NCBI GenBank assembly: GCA_013239625.1
Contig: MU053379.1
Location: 692,490-756,489 of the forward strand
DNA: 64,000 nt
DNA from: Lama guanicoe
Taxonomy: Eukaryota
Reading direction: 5' to 3'
Below the pieces are notes generated by a model. The model did no database searches, was not told where the DNA came from, and saw only the letters and a program-made list of their open reading frames with translations. Below are positions 1 to 11,000 of this stretch, piece after piece; position 1 is the stretch's first letter; each line of letters starts with the position of its first letter. Made by a program: the position numbers and the translations under genes.

Positions 1-2389
1 TCTCAGCATTTATCAGATCCATGGGTCGAGGATCCTTCTCTGAGACTTCAAAGCCGTTCAAGGTGTACCCCCGCTGCTGCCTGAAGCCCCCTTCATGCCC
101 TGCAGCCCAGGGCCCTCTCCAGAGGCCCAGGCTGGGGCTGGGAAGGAAAGGAAGCCATCAAGGTTTGAAGTGAGGAAGTGACTCACGGGCTCAAAGGGTG
201 GGAAGGAAGGTTTTCCACAGGAGCGAGAAATATAAATGAGCAAGTGATTCTTCCATCTCCGGCGTGGAAAATCTTACGAGGGGACCACCTCTTCATGACT
301 GAGCCTGAATTTATTGACCCTGAAAAATAGAAAATACAGAAATGACTGTAAGTTGTGACACGTCTGCTTCTCCTTGACATGAAGAGTACGTGACATGAAT
401 GCTATTTTTCTCCCTTGGTGACAATCAGCTCCCTTTCTTTCCCCAGATGTGGTCGACTGAGAAGAAACCCACTAGGCCACAGCCTGGACAACTCAGCAAC
501 TTCCTGATTTTGCTGTAAAAGTCAGCCCTGTGTGAAGAGCCCAGGGCCTAGAGTTTAGAAATGAAAACTCAAGGGTCTGCCTCAGTATGACTAGAATAAG
601 GATCCTCTACAAATTGCTAATACTGCGCTAGGATACTCAATAAAACTTCCATTTTGTGCAGGCATCACATTTTTGAGCCAAAGGAGTTTAACTCAACACC
701 TTCAGTTTGCAGGTGAGGGCAAGGAGGCCCAGAGAGAGGCACTGTGCAAGAGGTCACACGGCCGGTGAAAGCTGGAGCTGGTGACAGTGGTGTCACACAC
801 CTCCCTGCAAGACTGATGATAGAAATATTTGGCATCTTAGTGGTAAAACCAAAACAGTTCTACGGAAAGGCACTTGAATCTCACGTCACAGCCACTGTCC
901 CTTCGCCGTTTCTGGTGGAGCTGCCTTTGAGCCTGCTTTGAGGCCTCATTGGGCAGAGCTGGGTGTCTCTGGCTGAAGTATCATTTGAAATCCTCCTCCC
1001 ACCCCTAGAAGAAGGGCAAACTAGGAAGCACAGCAGAGCAGCCCCTCAAGGCAAAAATCAATCAATTAATTAAAAAATTACATTTATATCTACCTGGGTA
1101 TCTTGCATAGAGCCTAATTTTTTGGTAGAAACATTTAGTGTTCTTTCCTTCCAAACATCAATCTCTGACCTTAGACATCTCTTCCGTACTCATAATCACC
1201 AGCCTTGGTGAGAAATCACGTCGGGAGTAAACGCTCACTTCCTTCCTCTCTGGATGCCTCACTCACTCAGATCCAGTAACATCTCCCCACTAGGATCTGT
1301 CCCACCAACAGGCTCCCGAGAATCCCCAAGGGACCCTGGGTGGCGTCCATCTTAGCGTGGATCTGTTTTCACTAGAGATCTCCCTGTGGCAGGGCCCATG
1401 ACGAACTCATCTTCATATTCCTGGTGGCGAACACGGTCACAGCTGGCACACAGCAGGATCCCCAAAAACAGCTGTCAGATCTGACTGAAAACTATTTCAA
1501 AGTGGCATCCCACCATGAATGCAGTGTTTTGCCTCCAAACACAAACTTTCATTTTTTAACCCTTACCTCCTCTTTTTCACAGGAAAAATTCAGGTGGTAA
1601 AAATAGACGGGATGGCACAAACATCCTTTAAAAAGGGAAGGCTTTCTAGGACTCCTCCTTGGTTAGCGTGCATTAGATTGAACCATAAGAAATTCCTGCT
1701 TTTCTAAGTCAAAGCTAGTTGAGTGCTGCCCTTTTCCTATGTTCAGACTAATGTAAGTGCAAATAATATACCTACAAACACATCGCGTTATACTTGACTC
1801 TCAAAGGGAACATATGGCCCAAGAGGGTGAATAACCATTGGTCAGGACTGTTGAGCCACCTTCTACTCCTTTTTCTCAAGCAGCACACTGTTACCTGAAA
1901 AACACATGCCGTGGTTGTTCAATTTTCAACGTTATAAAATAGCGGTATGTGACTTTTACTCTGCTCTAAGGATTAACAGAGAAATCAGTGGTGTTACCAT
2001 GTGGTACTGCACTGTTCTCAAGAATATACTTAAATATATTTGGCCCTTTCCTAAAATAGATGCCCAGGCCCTCGGGGCTGCCTGGGCTGCCTGGTCCAGC
2101 AGGACTAGGCTATGGTCAAGCAATGGCCAGAATGTATTTTCTGTAGCTTCCATTTGCTTCATTTTGTGTAAACCTCCGCTGTGGTGTTGAGGAAGCAACA
2201 AGGGGTCCCTAGTTCTCTTGTTCAGCATCACCGTGAGTCATGTGCCACGTGGCCTGAGAAGAAGAGTCGTAGGCTTGGGAGCAGATCACTTGTTCCCCTG
2301 AGCTCCTAAGGAACGTCTCTCCACCTCACCTCCTCAGGAAAATGGGACCAATAATAATATCTACCTATGATCATCACCATTAGTATCTC

Positions 2390-2580
2390 CCCATATCCAT
2401 TTTCCCTTCTTCCTTGGTAAAGGAACCCTAATTTCTTAGCTGAGCATGCTGCTGCAGCTCAGAGAAGAGACCACACTTCCAGCCTCCTTTGTAGCCATAT
2501 GACTAAGCTCTGGTCAGTGAGATAAGAGGAGGAGGCCCATCTGGTACTTCGAGGAAGTTTCTTTAAAAGGGAAGAGATAG
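2390..2580. mobile_element. Degenerate ERVL-type LTR fragment (LTR16/LTR33-like)
   Basis: ccatatccatttcccttcttccttgg...cacacttccagcctcctttgtagccatatgactaagctctggtcagtgagat resembles these LTRs. Recognised by eye. Confidence 0.4.
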
Positions 2581-3439
2581 ACGGTAGGTTCCTAGTTCCA
2601 CGTGGAAAGAGTTCTGAAGTTGCCACTCTGTCCCAACAAGTAAAAAGCTGAACAGACAACTCTCTTGGATCCGTAAGAGAAAGGAGAACACAGGGCAGAT
2701 CACCACCCCCAAAGCCGGAGACAGGCGGGGAAGTGCGGGGAGCTGGGGCTCACCCGAGCACAGGGCAGACACACAAGTAGAAGCCACCGTGGGAACCTGC
2801 GCATGAAAACCGGACCTGTGACTGACAAGTGGCTGGAGGCTCAGTGTGGACAAGTCTGAGGGCTAAAAACTCCAGGAGACTCAGTCCCGGGGGGACCCCT
2901 TACGCTTCTGTTTTTGCCTTCTGAAGCTCTACCAGGCTCCCACAGTAAGTATGAGAGAACAATCCCCTCCTGCTTCCAGCAGCGGAGGGGACAAGGGACC
3001 ACTGAGCAATCTTTCCAAGCGCTGTGTTCTCCTTAACGAGGCCCGCCCTCAGGGGATGCTGGCTAACCGGAGCCTAGCCAGTCAGGAGCCTATCAGAGCC
3101 TAACTGATCTGGTGAGGGAAATGCTCAACGCCAGCTCACTCTAGCCAACCTGGATTGGGGGGAGGGGCGGAACTGAGAAACACTTGTGCCGTCCACAGTC
3201 CAGAGGCACAGGCTCAGAAAAAGACCGAGACCAAATGGCAGGAATAGAGAACGCGCCCCCTGCCCACTACATCACCACCAGGCTACTAAAGGCCTATTTA
3301 CCACAATTCCTTTTACCCAGTACATCATGTCCGGCTATCAAGCAAAACTTACAAGGCATGCTAAAAGACAACAAACAAACAAACAAAAACCCACAAAGAA
3401 ATAAAGAACACCGTTGTTGGGCTTCTTCGTAGACAGGAC

Positions 3440-4350
3440 ACAGCTGAGGAAAGAACCTCTGCTCTAGAGGATTTAGCAAAAGAATCCTCAAAGCCAAAAA
3501 GCAAAGAGAAGCAGAACAGAAAATCTAAGGACTGTATGATAAGTACAAAAGGTGTAACATACAGGTAATGGGACTACCAGAAGGAGAAGGAAAACAGAAA
3601 GGAACAGAGGAAATATTTGAAACGGTGACTGAGAGTTTCCCCAAACTATTGTCAGACACCAAACCACAGACTCAAAGTTGAGAGAACACAAAGCAGGGTA
3701 ACACCCCAAAAAACTACACCTAGGCATATCATTTTCAAATTACAAAAACATCAAAGATAAAGGAAAAAGTCCTGAAAGAAGGGGAAAAAAACATCTTACC
3801 TATAGAGGATTAAGGATAAGATAAAAATAAGAGCAAAGAACAAGGGCAACAATGAGAAAACGGTCATGAGCGTTGCAGGTATTAATCCAACTATATCAAT
3901 AATAAATCTGAATGTCAGTGGTGTAAATGCACCAGTTAAAAGATAGAGAATGCACCAAATAATAATAAAAAAAAGGGACCCAACCACATGTTGTCTACCA
4001 GAAACCCACTTTAAATATAAAGACACATACAGACTAAAAGTAAGTGGATGGAGAAAAAGATACCATGTTAACACGAATCAAAACAAAGCAGGTGTAGCTA
4101 CATCAATTTCAGACAGAGTTGACTTCAGAACAAGGAGGGAACACAAAGGGACAAAGAAAGGCGTTACATAACATTAAGGAGGCAGTTCTCCTTTAAGACT
4201 TAATTCTTCACGTTGTACGCTCCCAACACCTAAGTGAGGCAAAACTGGCAGGACTTCAAGCAGAAACAGCTGAATCCACTATCACAGTTGGAGACTTCAA
4301 TGCCACTCTGTCAGAGACAGACAAATCCAGATGGCAGAAAATCAAGAAAA
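3440..4350 (+). mobile_element. Old LINE-1 relic: ORF1 remnant plus start of the ORF2 endonuclease (5'UTR-like sequence may extend back to ~2640)
   Basis: Translations INLNVSGVNAPVKR and CCLPETHFKYKDTYRLKVSGWRKRYHVNTNQNKAGVATSISDRVDFRT match the L1 ORF2 APE domain. ORF1-like acacctaggcatatcattttcaaat lies upstream. Frames are broken. Confidence 0.85.
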
Positions 4351-4400
4351 TCGGAAAGCAAGCTACAGGACACCACACAATGTGGATATATTCGTATCTT

Positions 4401-4611
4401 TTTTTTTTTTTTTTTGGGGGGGGGGGGGTGGTTAGGTTTTTTTTTTTCTAGGGAGGGACTGAGGGTTGAACCCAGGACCTATTTTTTTTTTTTTTTTTGG
4501 TGGGAGGAAGGTAGTTAGGTTATTTATTTTCAGAGGAAGTACTGGGGATTGAACCCAGGACCTCATGCGTGCTAAGCATGCACTCTATCACTCGAGCTAT
4601 ACCCTCCTCCC
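4401..4611 (-). mobile_element. tRNA-derived SINE (Vic-1-like), full monomer plus a second 5'-truncated monomer
   Basis: Minus strand reads gggtatagctcgagtgatagagtgcatgcttagcacgcatgaggtcctgggttcaatccccagtac..., with A and B boxes and A-tails. TSD tattc(g/a)tatctt at 4389-4400 and 4612-4623. Confidence 0.88.
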
Positions 4612-5289
4612 TATTCATATCTTACTATATGATTAAAATTACTTTTAGAAAAGACTACAGACGTAAATAAGGGTAGGGAAGAAAGAACTGGTAAGTTTGT
4701 AAAGAGATGGGGAGATGCTAAAAATAGTTACTCTGCAGAATATACTGACAGGGTTATGTCCTCTCACAAAAAAGGCTTTTCCAGACTATTAACACCTATC
4801 TCCTTTCAAGTGCCTCATTAACGTATCCTCTCCCCTGACACTCACATTCATGGTTTTAAATGAAAGTGCCTATATGTTCACATATTGTGAAGATGTTTTC
4901 AAAATGAGAAATGGAATCCACTCAGTCTCATATTTAAGGGGAGACTTTATGTTAAAACGTTTTTCCCTCTGTGGGATGAGAAGAAACAAAAATATCTAGG
5001 AAACTAACGTGTAAAGAAAAAGGTTAAAGTTCAATGGATTCTTAAGAAAAATGGGGGCTCATCTTACGTTACAATGAGCTGATATAAAAGTTTGCCTGGT
5101 GAGTTATAAAACAGCTTCACAGATACTTCACTTACTGAACAAACATGTATTAGACACCTCCAGGGGCTGTGCCAGTTCATATACAATGCCTCCCAAACAG
5201 TCCTTGGCCTCAAGGAGCTCTCAGTCTAAACTGGTGGTGTTAGTAGCACATGTGTATATAAATTACAGCTATACTAACAGCAGGGAAAA

Positions 5290-5440
5290 TGTAAGGCCTC
5301 AGTACCAAGTGTGATCTGAGAACTAGCAGCATCTGAATCACCTGAGGGCATCTGAGACACCACTTCCAAATCCATGAATTTGCATTTTAACAAGATCCTC
5401 AGGTGGTCTGCCTGCTTGTCAAGCTTTGAGCAGAGATGAA
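5290..5440. mobile_element. MER5-like hAT-Charlie DNA transposon fragment
   Basis: agcagcatctgaatcacctgag...tttgcattttaacaagatcctcaggtg motif. Confidence 0.6.
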
Positions 5441-5969
5441 CTAACTGTGGGACTATAGAAGGGCCCACTAGTGCTCCCTTGGGAAGTGGTCAGAGGTCTC
5501 CAGACTGATGGGGTGATATGAAGATTCCAGGGTGAGATACCAGCAGGCCCTTGATTATGACAGCGCAAGAAGGGTTCTGGAATGAGATGTTTAGTCTGGA
5601 AGGAAACTGGGGACTGCGGAAGATGTGGGAGACAGGACAGAAAAGGTAGGCAGAGGCCACAGGCAGAAGGGCCAGACTGACCTGCTGAGAATTCTGGAGG
5701 AAGCCACAGAAAATTTTAAGCAGTGAAGTGACAGGATCAGACTCTTATGTTTGGATGTAACCTTGGTGGCAGGATGGAGGAGGAAATGCAGAAGAGAGGC
5801 TGGAGCAGGCCCGATTTGTGTCCTTAAATGAGCAGGATTCAATTTTGGACTAGAAAGGAAGTCTTTGAAGACTTGGACGGTGGCATTGAGTCCCAGGCAG
5901 ACAGAGAAACAAAGGGTTCCAGCTACAGCTGGATACAGGTGGATTCTTTCTTCTGGAAGTGTGACATAC

Positions 5970-6110
5970 AACCAGCCACATTAGCATTACCTGGGAATTG
6001 ACAGAAATGCAAATTCTTGGGTCTTACCCTAGATACACTGCCAGAAACTGAGTCTGGGGCACACAAATCTGACTTTGAGTAAGTTCTCTTTCAAGTTTAA
6101 AACTAGTACT
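5970..6110. mobile_element. MER5A-like fragment
   Basis: attagcattacctgggaattgacagaaatgcaaattcttggg motif. Confidence 0.6.
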
Positions 6111-6519
6111 CTAGCGTGCCAAAAATTTTGCGGCAGGTGGTAAAGGCTTAGAATTGCCACAGCTTGCTTTCTTAAAAAGAAAGAAAAAACACAGGACAGT
6201 AACGAGAAATGAGTTTTTATGTTGAGTGGCCAGAATAAAAGCCACACATAATCTAGATTTTATATAGCGCCCAGGAAAAACAAAACCCATACTGACCATC
6301 TTGTCCAAAAGCCTCACATTTGGGGAATTAAGATAGTTTTGGTAGAGGCCAGGATGTTCTTCGGTAGCCTAAATTGAGTAAAACTTAAAAGTAATCATCC
6401 TGGTTGTAAATTCTTTGTTCCCTTGATTCCTCACAAAAACACCCTCAGGAAAAACTCTGGGATTCCTTCCGACCCTCTGAAAACTGTGTTTCTGATGTAA
6501 CCGTCCATTAAAAAGAAGC

Positions 6520-8080
6520 AATCCCAAATTAAAAACCTCCAAGACGGAGCAGCGGGGCTTGGCGCCACCATCTCAAGGCAACTCCGCCGTTTCCCAGCCA
6601 CACCCCTGCGGACTGCCGGGCCTCCTTCCCCAGCTGTTCCCAAAGATAAATAAATCACTCCTTGTTTTTCCCAGACCTGAAATTAGCTGTGACTCACAGA
6701 GCACTCTAAACGGCCACAGTCGCCTCGGGAAGAAGGAAAAATGTGCAGTTTCCCCCTCGCCTGAGGGCCCGACGTGCCGGGCTGGGCCAATCAGCGGAGG
6801 ATGGCGGGAATCGCACCAAAGTAGGTAAAAAAATGCGGGACGCGTGCCCTCCGCCGGGGCCTGCGCCTGGGCTCCCGCGGGGCCTCCCTCCCATCTCCTC
6901 CGCCGCGGGCCCCGCCTACCCTCTTTCTCCCACCCCGCTCCCCGTCCCGGGCTCCGCTCCCAGCGGCGGCGCACACCTGGCCAGGTGGCTACTTCCATGT
7001 AAGGGCAACTGCGGCGCGGTGGGCGGGGGCGCCACGTGGCCCCGCCCCTCGCGCGCAGGTTCCACCCCAAACCCCGCCTCCTCGCCCCTCGCTGCTGAGG
7101 GAGGACCTTACCCCGTCCCACAGACACGAGGTGGTGAGGCGCTCCCGGGTCCCCCAGTCTCCAGACGGTGAGGAGGACCCCGCCCGCCCGTAGTCGGGAG
7201 CCGCCCGGTGGGGCGTTGCCAGGCCGGCCGGTTGCGCAGCAACGGCGGGCAGCGCGTGACGTGCGCAGCCGCGTTTGGGCCCGAGGCGCGCCCGCGCGCC
7301 CGCCCCCTGGTAGGCTCGCGCCCCGCGTCGCCTCTCGGCTCGGTCGCTCGGTCCCGCTGCTGTGAGGAGGACGCTCGGCAGACTCGGCGCCGGTCGGCTC
7401 CCTCTCCCGCGCCTCTGCGACTGTCGCGGCGAAGATGGTGAGCGGGAGGGAGTCCGAGGCTCGGGTTGGCGCGGCCGGGGCGCCGCAGGGGTCAGGGCGG
7501 CCGGGCTAGCGCGGCGCCGGGGCCGGCGGAGGGACGCGGGCCCAGCTGCAGCCTCCGGGAGGGGGAGGGTCCCGGGCTTCGGCCGCCCGCAGACCCGCGG
7601 GGCCCCCGCGCCCCAGGGCGGCTCCCCGGCCGCTGCGTCGCTCGCTGCTGCTGCTAGGCCGCCGCCCTGAGTGTCGCCTCCGCCCGGGCCTTGGTCGCCT
7701 AGCCGGGGTCGAGCACCCCGCGCCCCCTCGGCGAGCGACCCCCGGCCGCCTTCCCGGGATGGGGGCGTCGGGATCCCGCGCGGGCCTTGCTGGCGCAGGC
7801 TTCGCGGAAGACGGGCCACAGAGGCGAGTTTCGGCCCGTGAGGTCTGTCCGTCTCGATAAGGAAATCAGGCCTTTATTGAACAAGCCTGGGGGCGGAGTG
7901 GTCCCCGCGAGCAGGGCCCGGGCACGGTGAGGAGCGGGGGGCCGGCCCTGCGGGCGCTTTGTTCGTCGTAGCTGGCGGTCCGTCTGCTTCCACCAGCGCC
8001 GGTCGCGCTGGTCGAGCTCGGCAGTGGCGCTTTTAACCCTTGCCTGTCCGATCTCTACGTACGCGCAGAAATTTGCCTTT
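6520..8080. promoter_or_regulatory. CpG island / DSTN promoter, exon 1 and start of intron 1
   Basis: Very GC- and CpG-dense tract around the ATG exon. Contains AP-1 TGACTCA 6690-6696, CCAAT 6787-6791, GC box ~7021-7028, E-box CACGTG 7033-7038 and CArG-like CCAAAGTAGG 6816-6825 and CCATGTAAGG 6995-7004. Confidence 0.9.
7435..7437 (+). CDS. DSTN: DSTN exon 1 coding part (ATG only)
   Basis: gaagATG|gtgagc inside the CpG island. An ATG-only first coding exon is typical of ADF/cofilin genes and joins in frame to GCC TCA GGA (ASG) of exon 2. Confidence 0.93.
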
Positions 8081-11000
8081 ACTTGTAAACAGCTTGGCTC
8101 TGCCAGAATTTAGCGCGCAAGGTGTGGGCGTGATGCTGGGATGCTAATAAAAGCAAATGAAATAGCTCTTCGAAGTCCATTAAGTTAATCTGAGTCACTA
8201 GAAAGTAAACAGATGTTCAGTATATTCTAGGTGTTGGACACGGCTTAATTTACATATTCCTCCCTCTAAACTGTCCCTATTGTCTGCTGTAAAACCGTGT
8301 TGTTAACTGGACGATCAAGTAGAACATTTTGTCATTTTCTTTAGTCTGCACACCCTGTTACCATTTTTGGTCAATGACTTGCAGGCAAAGGCTTACCAGG
8401 CTTCGCTAGAAATATTACGCTGTTATTGCATCTGTCCGCCTGGAAGCAGTTGGTACCAGTTTATTTGCATAGAAATTGTTTCTACGGAATAACAGTTCTG
8501 GTTTTCTTCAGATATTGCACCTTTCACGGCTATGCAGACTGGCTTATTAGTGGAAGAAAAAGAGATGAGTTTCTTGATGACTGAAGATATGTAGTAGGAA
8601 TTTGATATTAAGTTTTTTATTCTTTGGTTTACCTCTGTAAACTACAAAGAAGATCAGCATCTTAAGACTTTCTAACTTCTTAAAGATTGTACTCCTTTAT
8701 ATACTACTAAAAGACTTTAAGGGTTTTGAGTGCACATAAATTTAAGGCCATACTCTGATGTAAGTGCTTTGAATCAGGCTGGAGCTTACTATAGTGCCTT
8801 CTGAGTTGACGTAACTTTATTTTCTGTTTGAAAATAGGACCAACCCTTTTTACTTTAAATGCTTAAACTTGAAAGCTTAATTTCCATATTTCTATACATT
8901 CAAATAAAATAGAGTCTGTTTTATTTATGGAAGAAGGAGGAGAAATAAGAAACAAAATGGATGGATTTCAAACTTGACCTCAGGTCAAGAAGGCCTCACA
9001 GGCTACTTACAGGCCACTCTTGTTTCGATGCTTGCAGAGAGTTCAGAATAGACTGGCCGTTTTTAGAGGCTGCTCTTGTTTTTAGCCGTATGAGTACAGA
9101 GCATCTCCTTTCATTCCAGCTATTAGAGAATATTGTGAAGATGGAAAGTTCCTTTATTATCTCAGATTTTAGCACTTTACCTCTGTATTTGAAACTGTTT
9201 AAATCTGTTGGCTTGATTCCAGTTTTCTAAGTCTTTTTTTTAAAGATTAAATTTTAACTGCTGATGGATTGTTGTACATTAACAAAATCACTTCCTGATA
9301 CTCACCAAGTCTTCTAGAAGTACTTGGGAATAAAGCAATTTGAAACCAACTCAAAAGATCACCTTGAGCACTTTAAGATGAGATTTCATGTTTTCAAAGT
9401 CTTAGTTTACAGTGCCCCCCCCAAAAGCCAAAACCCCAAAACAGCAAGCCAACCTTCCACAGGAACCACGTGTACAAACTCCAAACAAAACTCTGGTGTG
9501 TGTGTACTGGATATGCCAGCTTCTAAATACAAAGATTATTTACTAGTGCACCATTGAGTTCCTAGGGTTATCTGCTCAGTAGTTCTTGCTGTTGGGAATG
9601 GATTGAGACATAGCAGGAGACTGGCCTAGCTTCTCTTGTAACCAGTGTGTATGCATTTGCAGCATAGCTGAGTGGCTCTCTGGAAAGTCAGTGTAGTCTT
9701 GTCCCTGAAATAGTAAAGTTCCATATAGTAATCTAACTCAACCTTATGCTAATCAGAGCTTGGCGCCAACAAAGTGAGCTATTGGCTCAGACTGAATTAC
9801 AAATGTATTCTACCGCTTGATGAGTAGCAAAAACACTCTTGCTTACAGACATCTAGTGGAGTAGGTTGGACCTGTTTTCTTGTGCCTATTTAACATACTA
9901 GAAAACTATCTGTAAAGGATTAATTAACTTGAGACCTTTCTGACTTTACACCAGGTTTTAAAATAATTTAAAAATTAATTTTGAAACTTTTTAAGCAGGA
10001 AGGTACACGGAGTAAGAGGTACCTTTGTACAAAAGAAGAAAAGGTTAACTTTTTGCCGCATTTCAGGTTTTTATGTTTACCGTTACAGCTAAATATGCAT
10101 CGTCTTCCTTATCTCAGTCTCTTCCCTCCCCAGAGGTAACTACTCCTGTGTAAAAGACATAATGTACTGCCCAGTTTAGGGGATGATTTTTGCAGGCTAT
10201 TGCAATTGAGAGAGCATTAATTAAAATGAGGAGCATCTCAAAAAAAAAAAAACAATGGAGCTGATAAACTGAGGAGTTTTGAGGATGCCTGGGGACAGGT
10301 GTTAATCTTGAAGTAAGGATGGGCAGGATCCTTTTGTTACCCTGAACACAAGATGTTGGGGGTGGATTTCTTAACCGTCAGTGCTTTCCAGGAGCACAGC
10401 GCTCAGGTACGGTTCAGCATAGTCATCTGAAACTACCGTATTTCATTCTCATTGATAGTTCTATGCTTTTAGCTGTACATGTATGCATCTGTAATAATTA
10501 TATTGCCTTGATATATTTTTAATTTTTATATGAATGTCATCATGCTTCCTGTATCCTTTTGCAACTTAAAAAATTTTGTGAGGTTTTTTGGAGGGCGGGG
10601 GACGTGATTATTTTGACTCTGGTTGTTTATTTTACTATTGACTGATAGTTTGTTTTGTGACAGTGTAAGTTTATGCATTCCCCTATTGATGGACATTTTC
10701 TCAATTTTTTTGCCCAGTTGTCTCTCTCTCTCTCTCTCTTTTTTTTTTTTTGGTCTACTTGAACTGTTTTGTAGTCATGGTTTCCATTGTTACCTGTTAG
10801 TGTCTATTACTTCTCTAGCCCCAGTGAGAGGTATATAGAGAAGTATGTATCTGGAAGTGAAGCAGGGATTGGAGGGCATGCATATGGATTTTTTTTTTAC
10901 TCTACTAGCAATGGTTCTAGTCTGCATCTGATCAGCTACCTTTACGAGCCTGTTTCTCAATTTCTTTTCATTACTGGCCTAATGAGACTTAAAACCAATC

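Noticed and set aside
3950..4171. Endonuclease-like ORF; also ORF2-like ORFs at 16762-17025 and 20169-20396
   Set aside because: Fragments of dead L1 ORF2 with stops and frameshifts, not functional genes.
6573..7884. Long ORFs on both strands over the CpG island (e.g. 6989-7819, 276 aa; 6573-7127, 184 aa)
   Set aside because: Low-complexity R/G/P/A translations expected from stop-codon scarcity in very GC-rich DNA; no recognisable domain.
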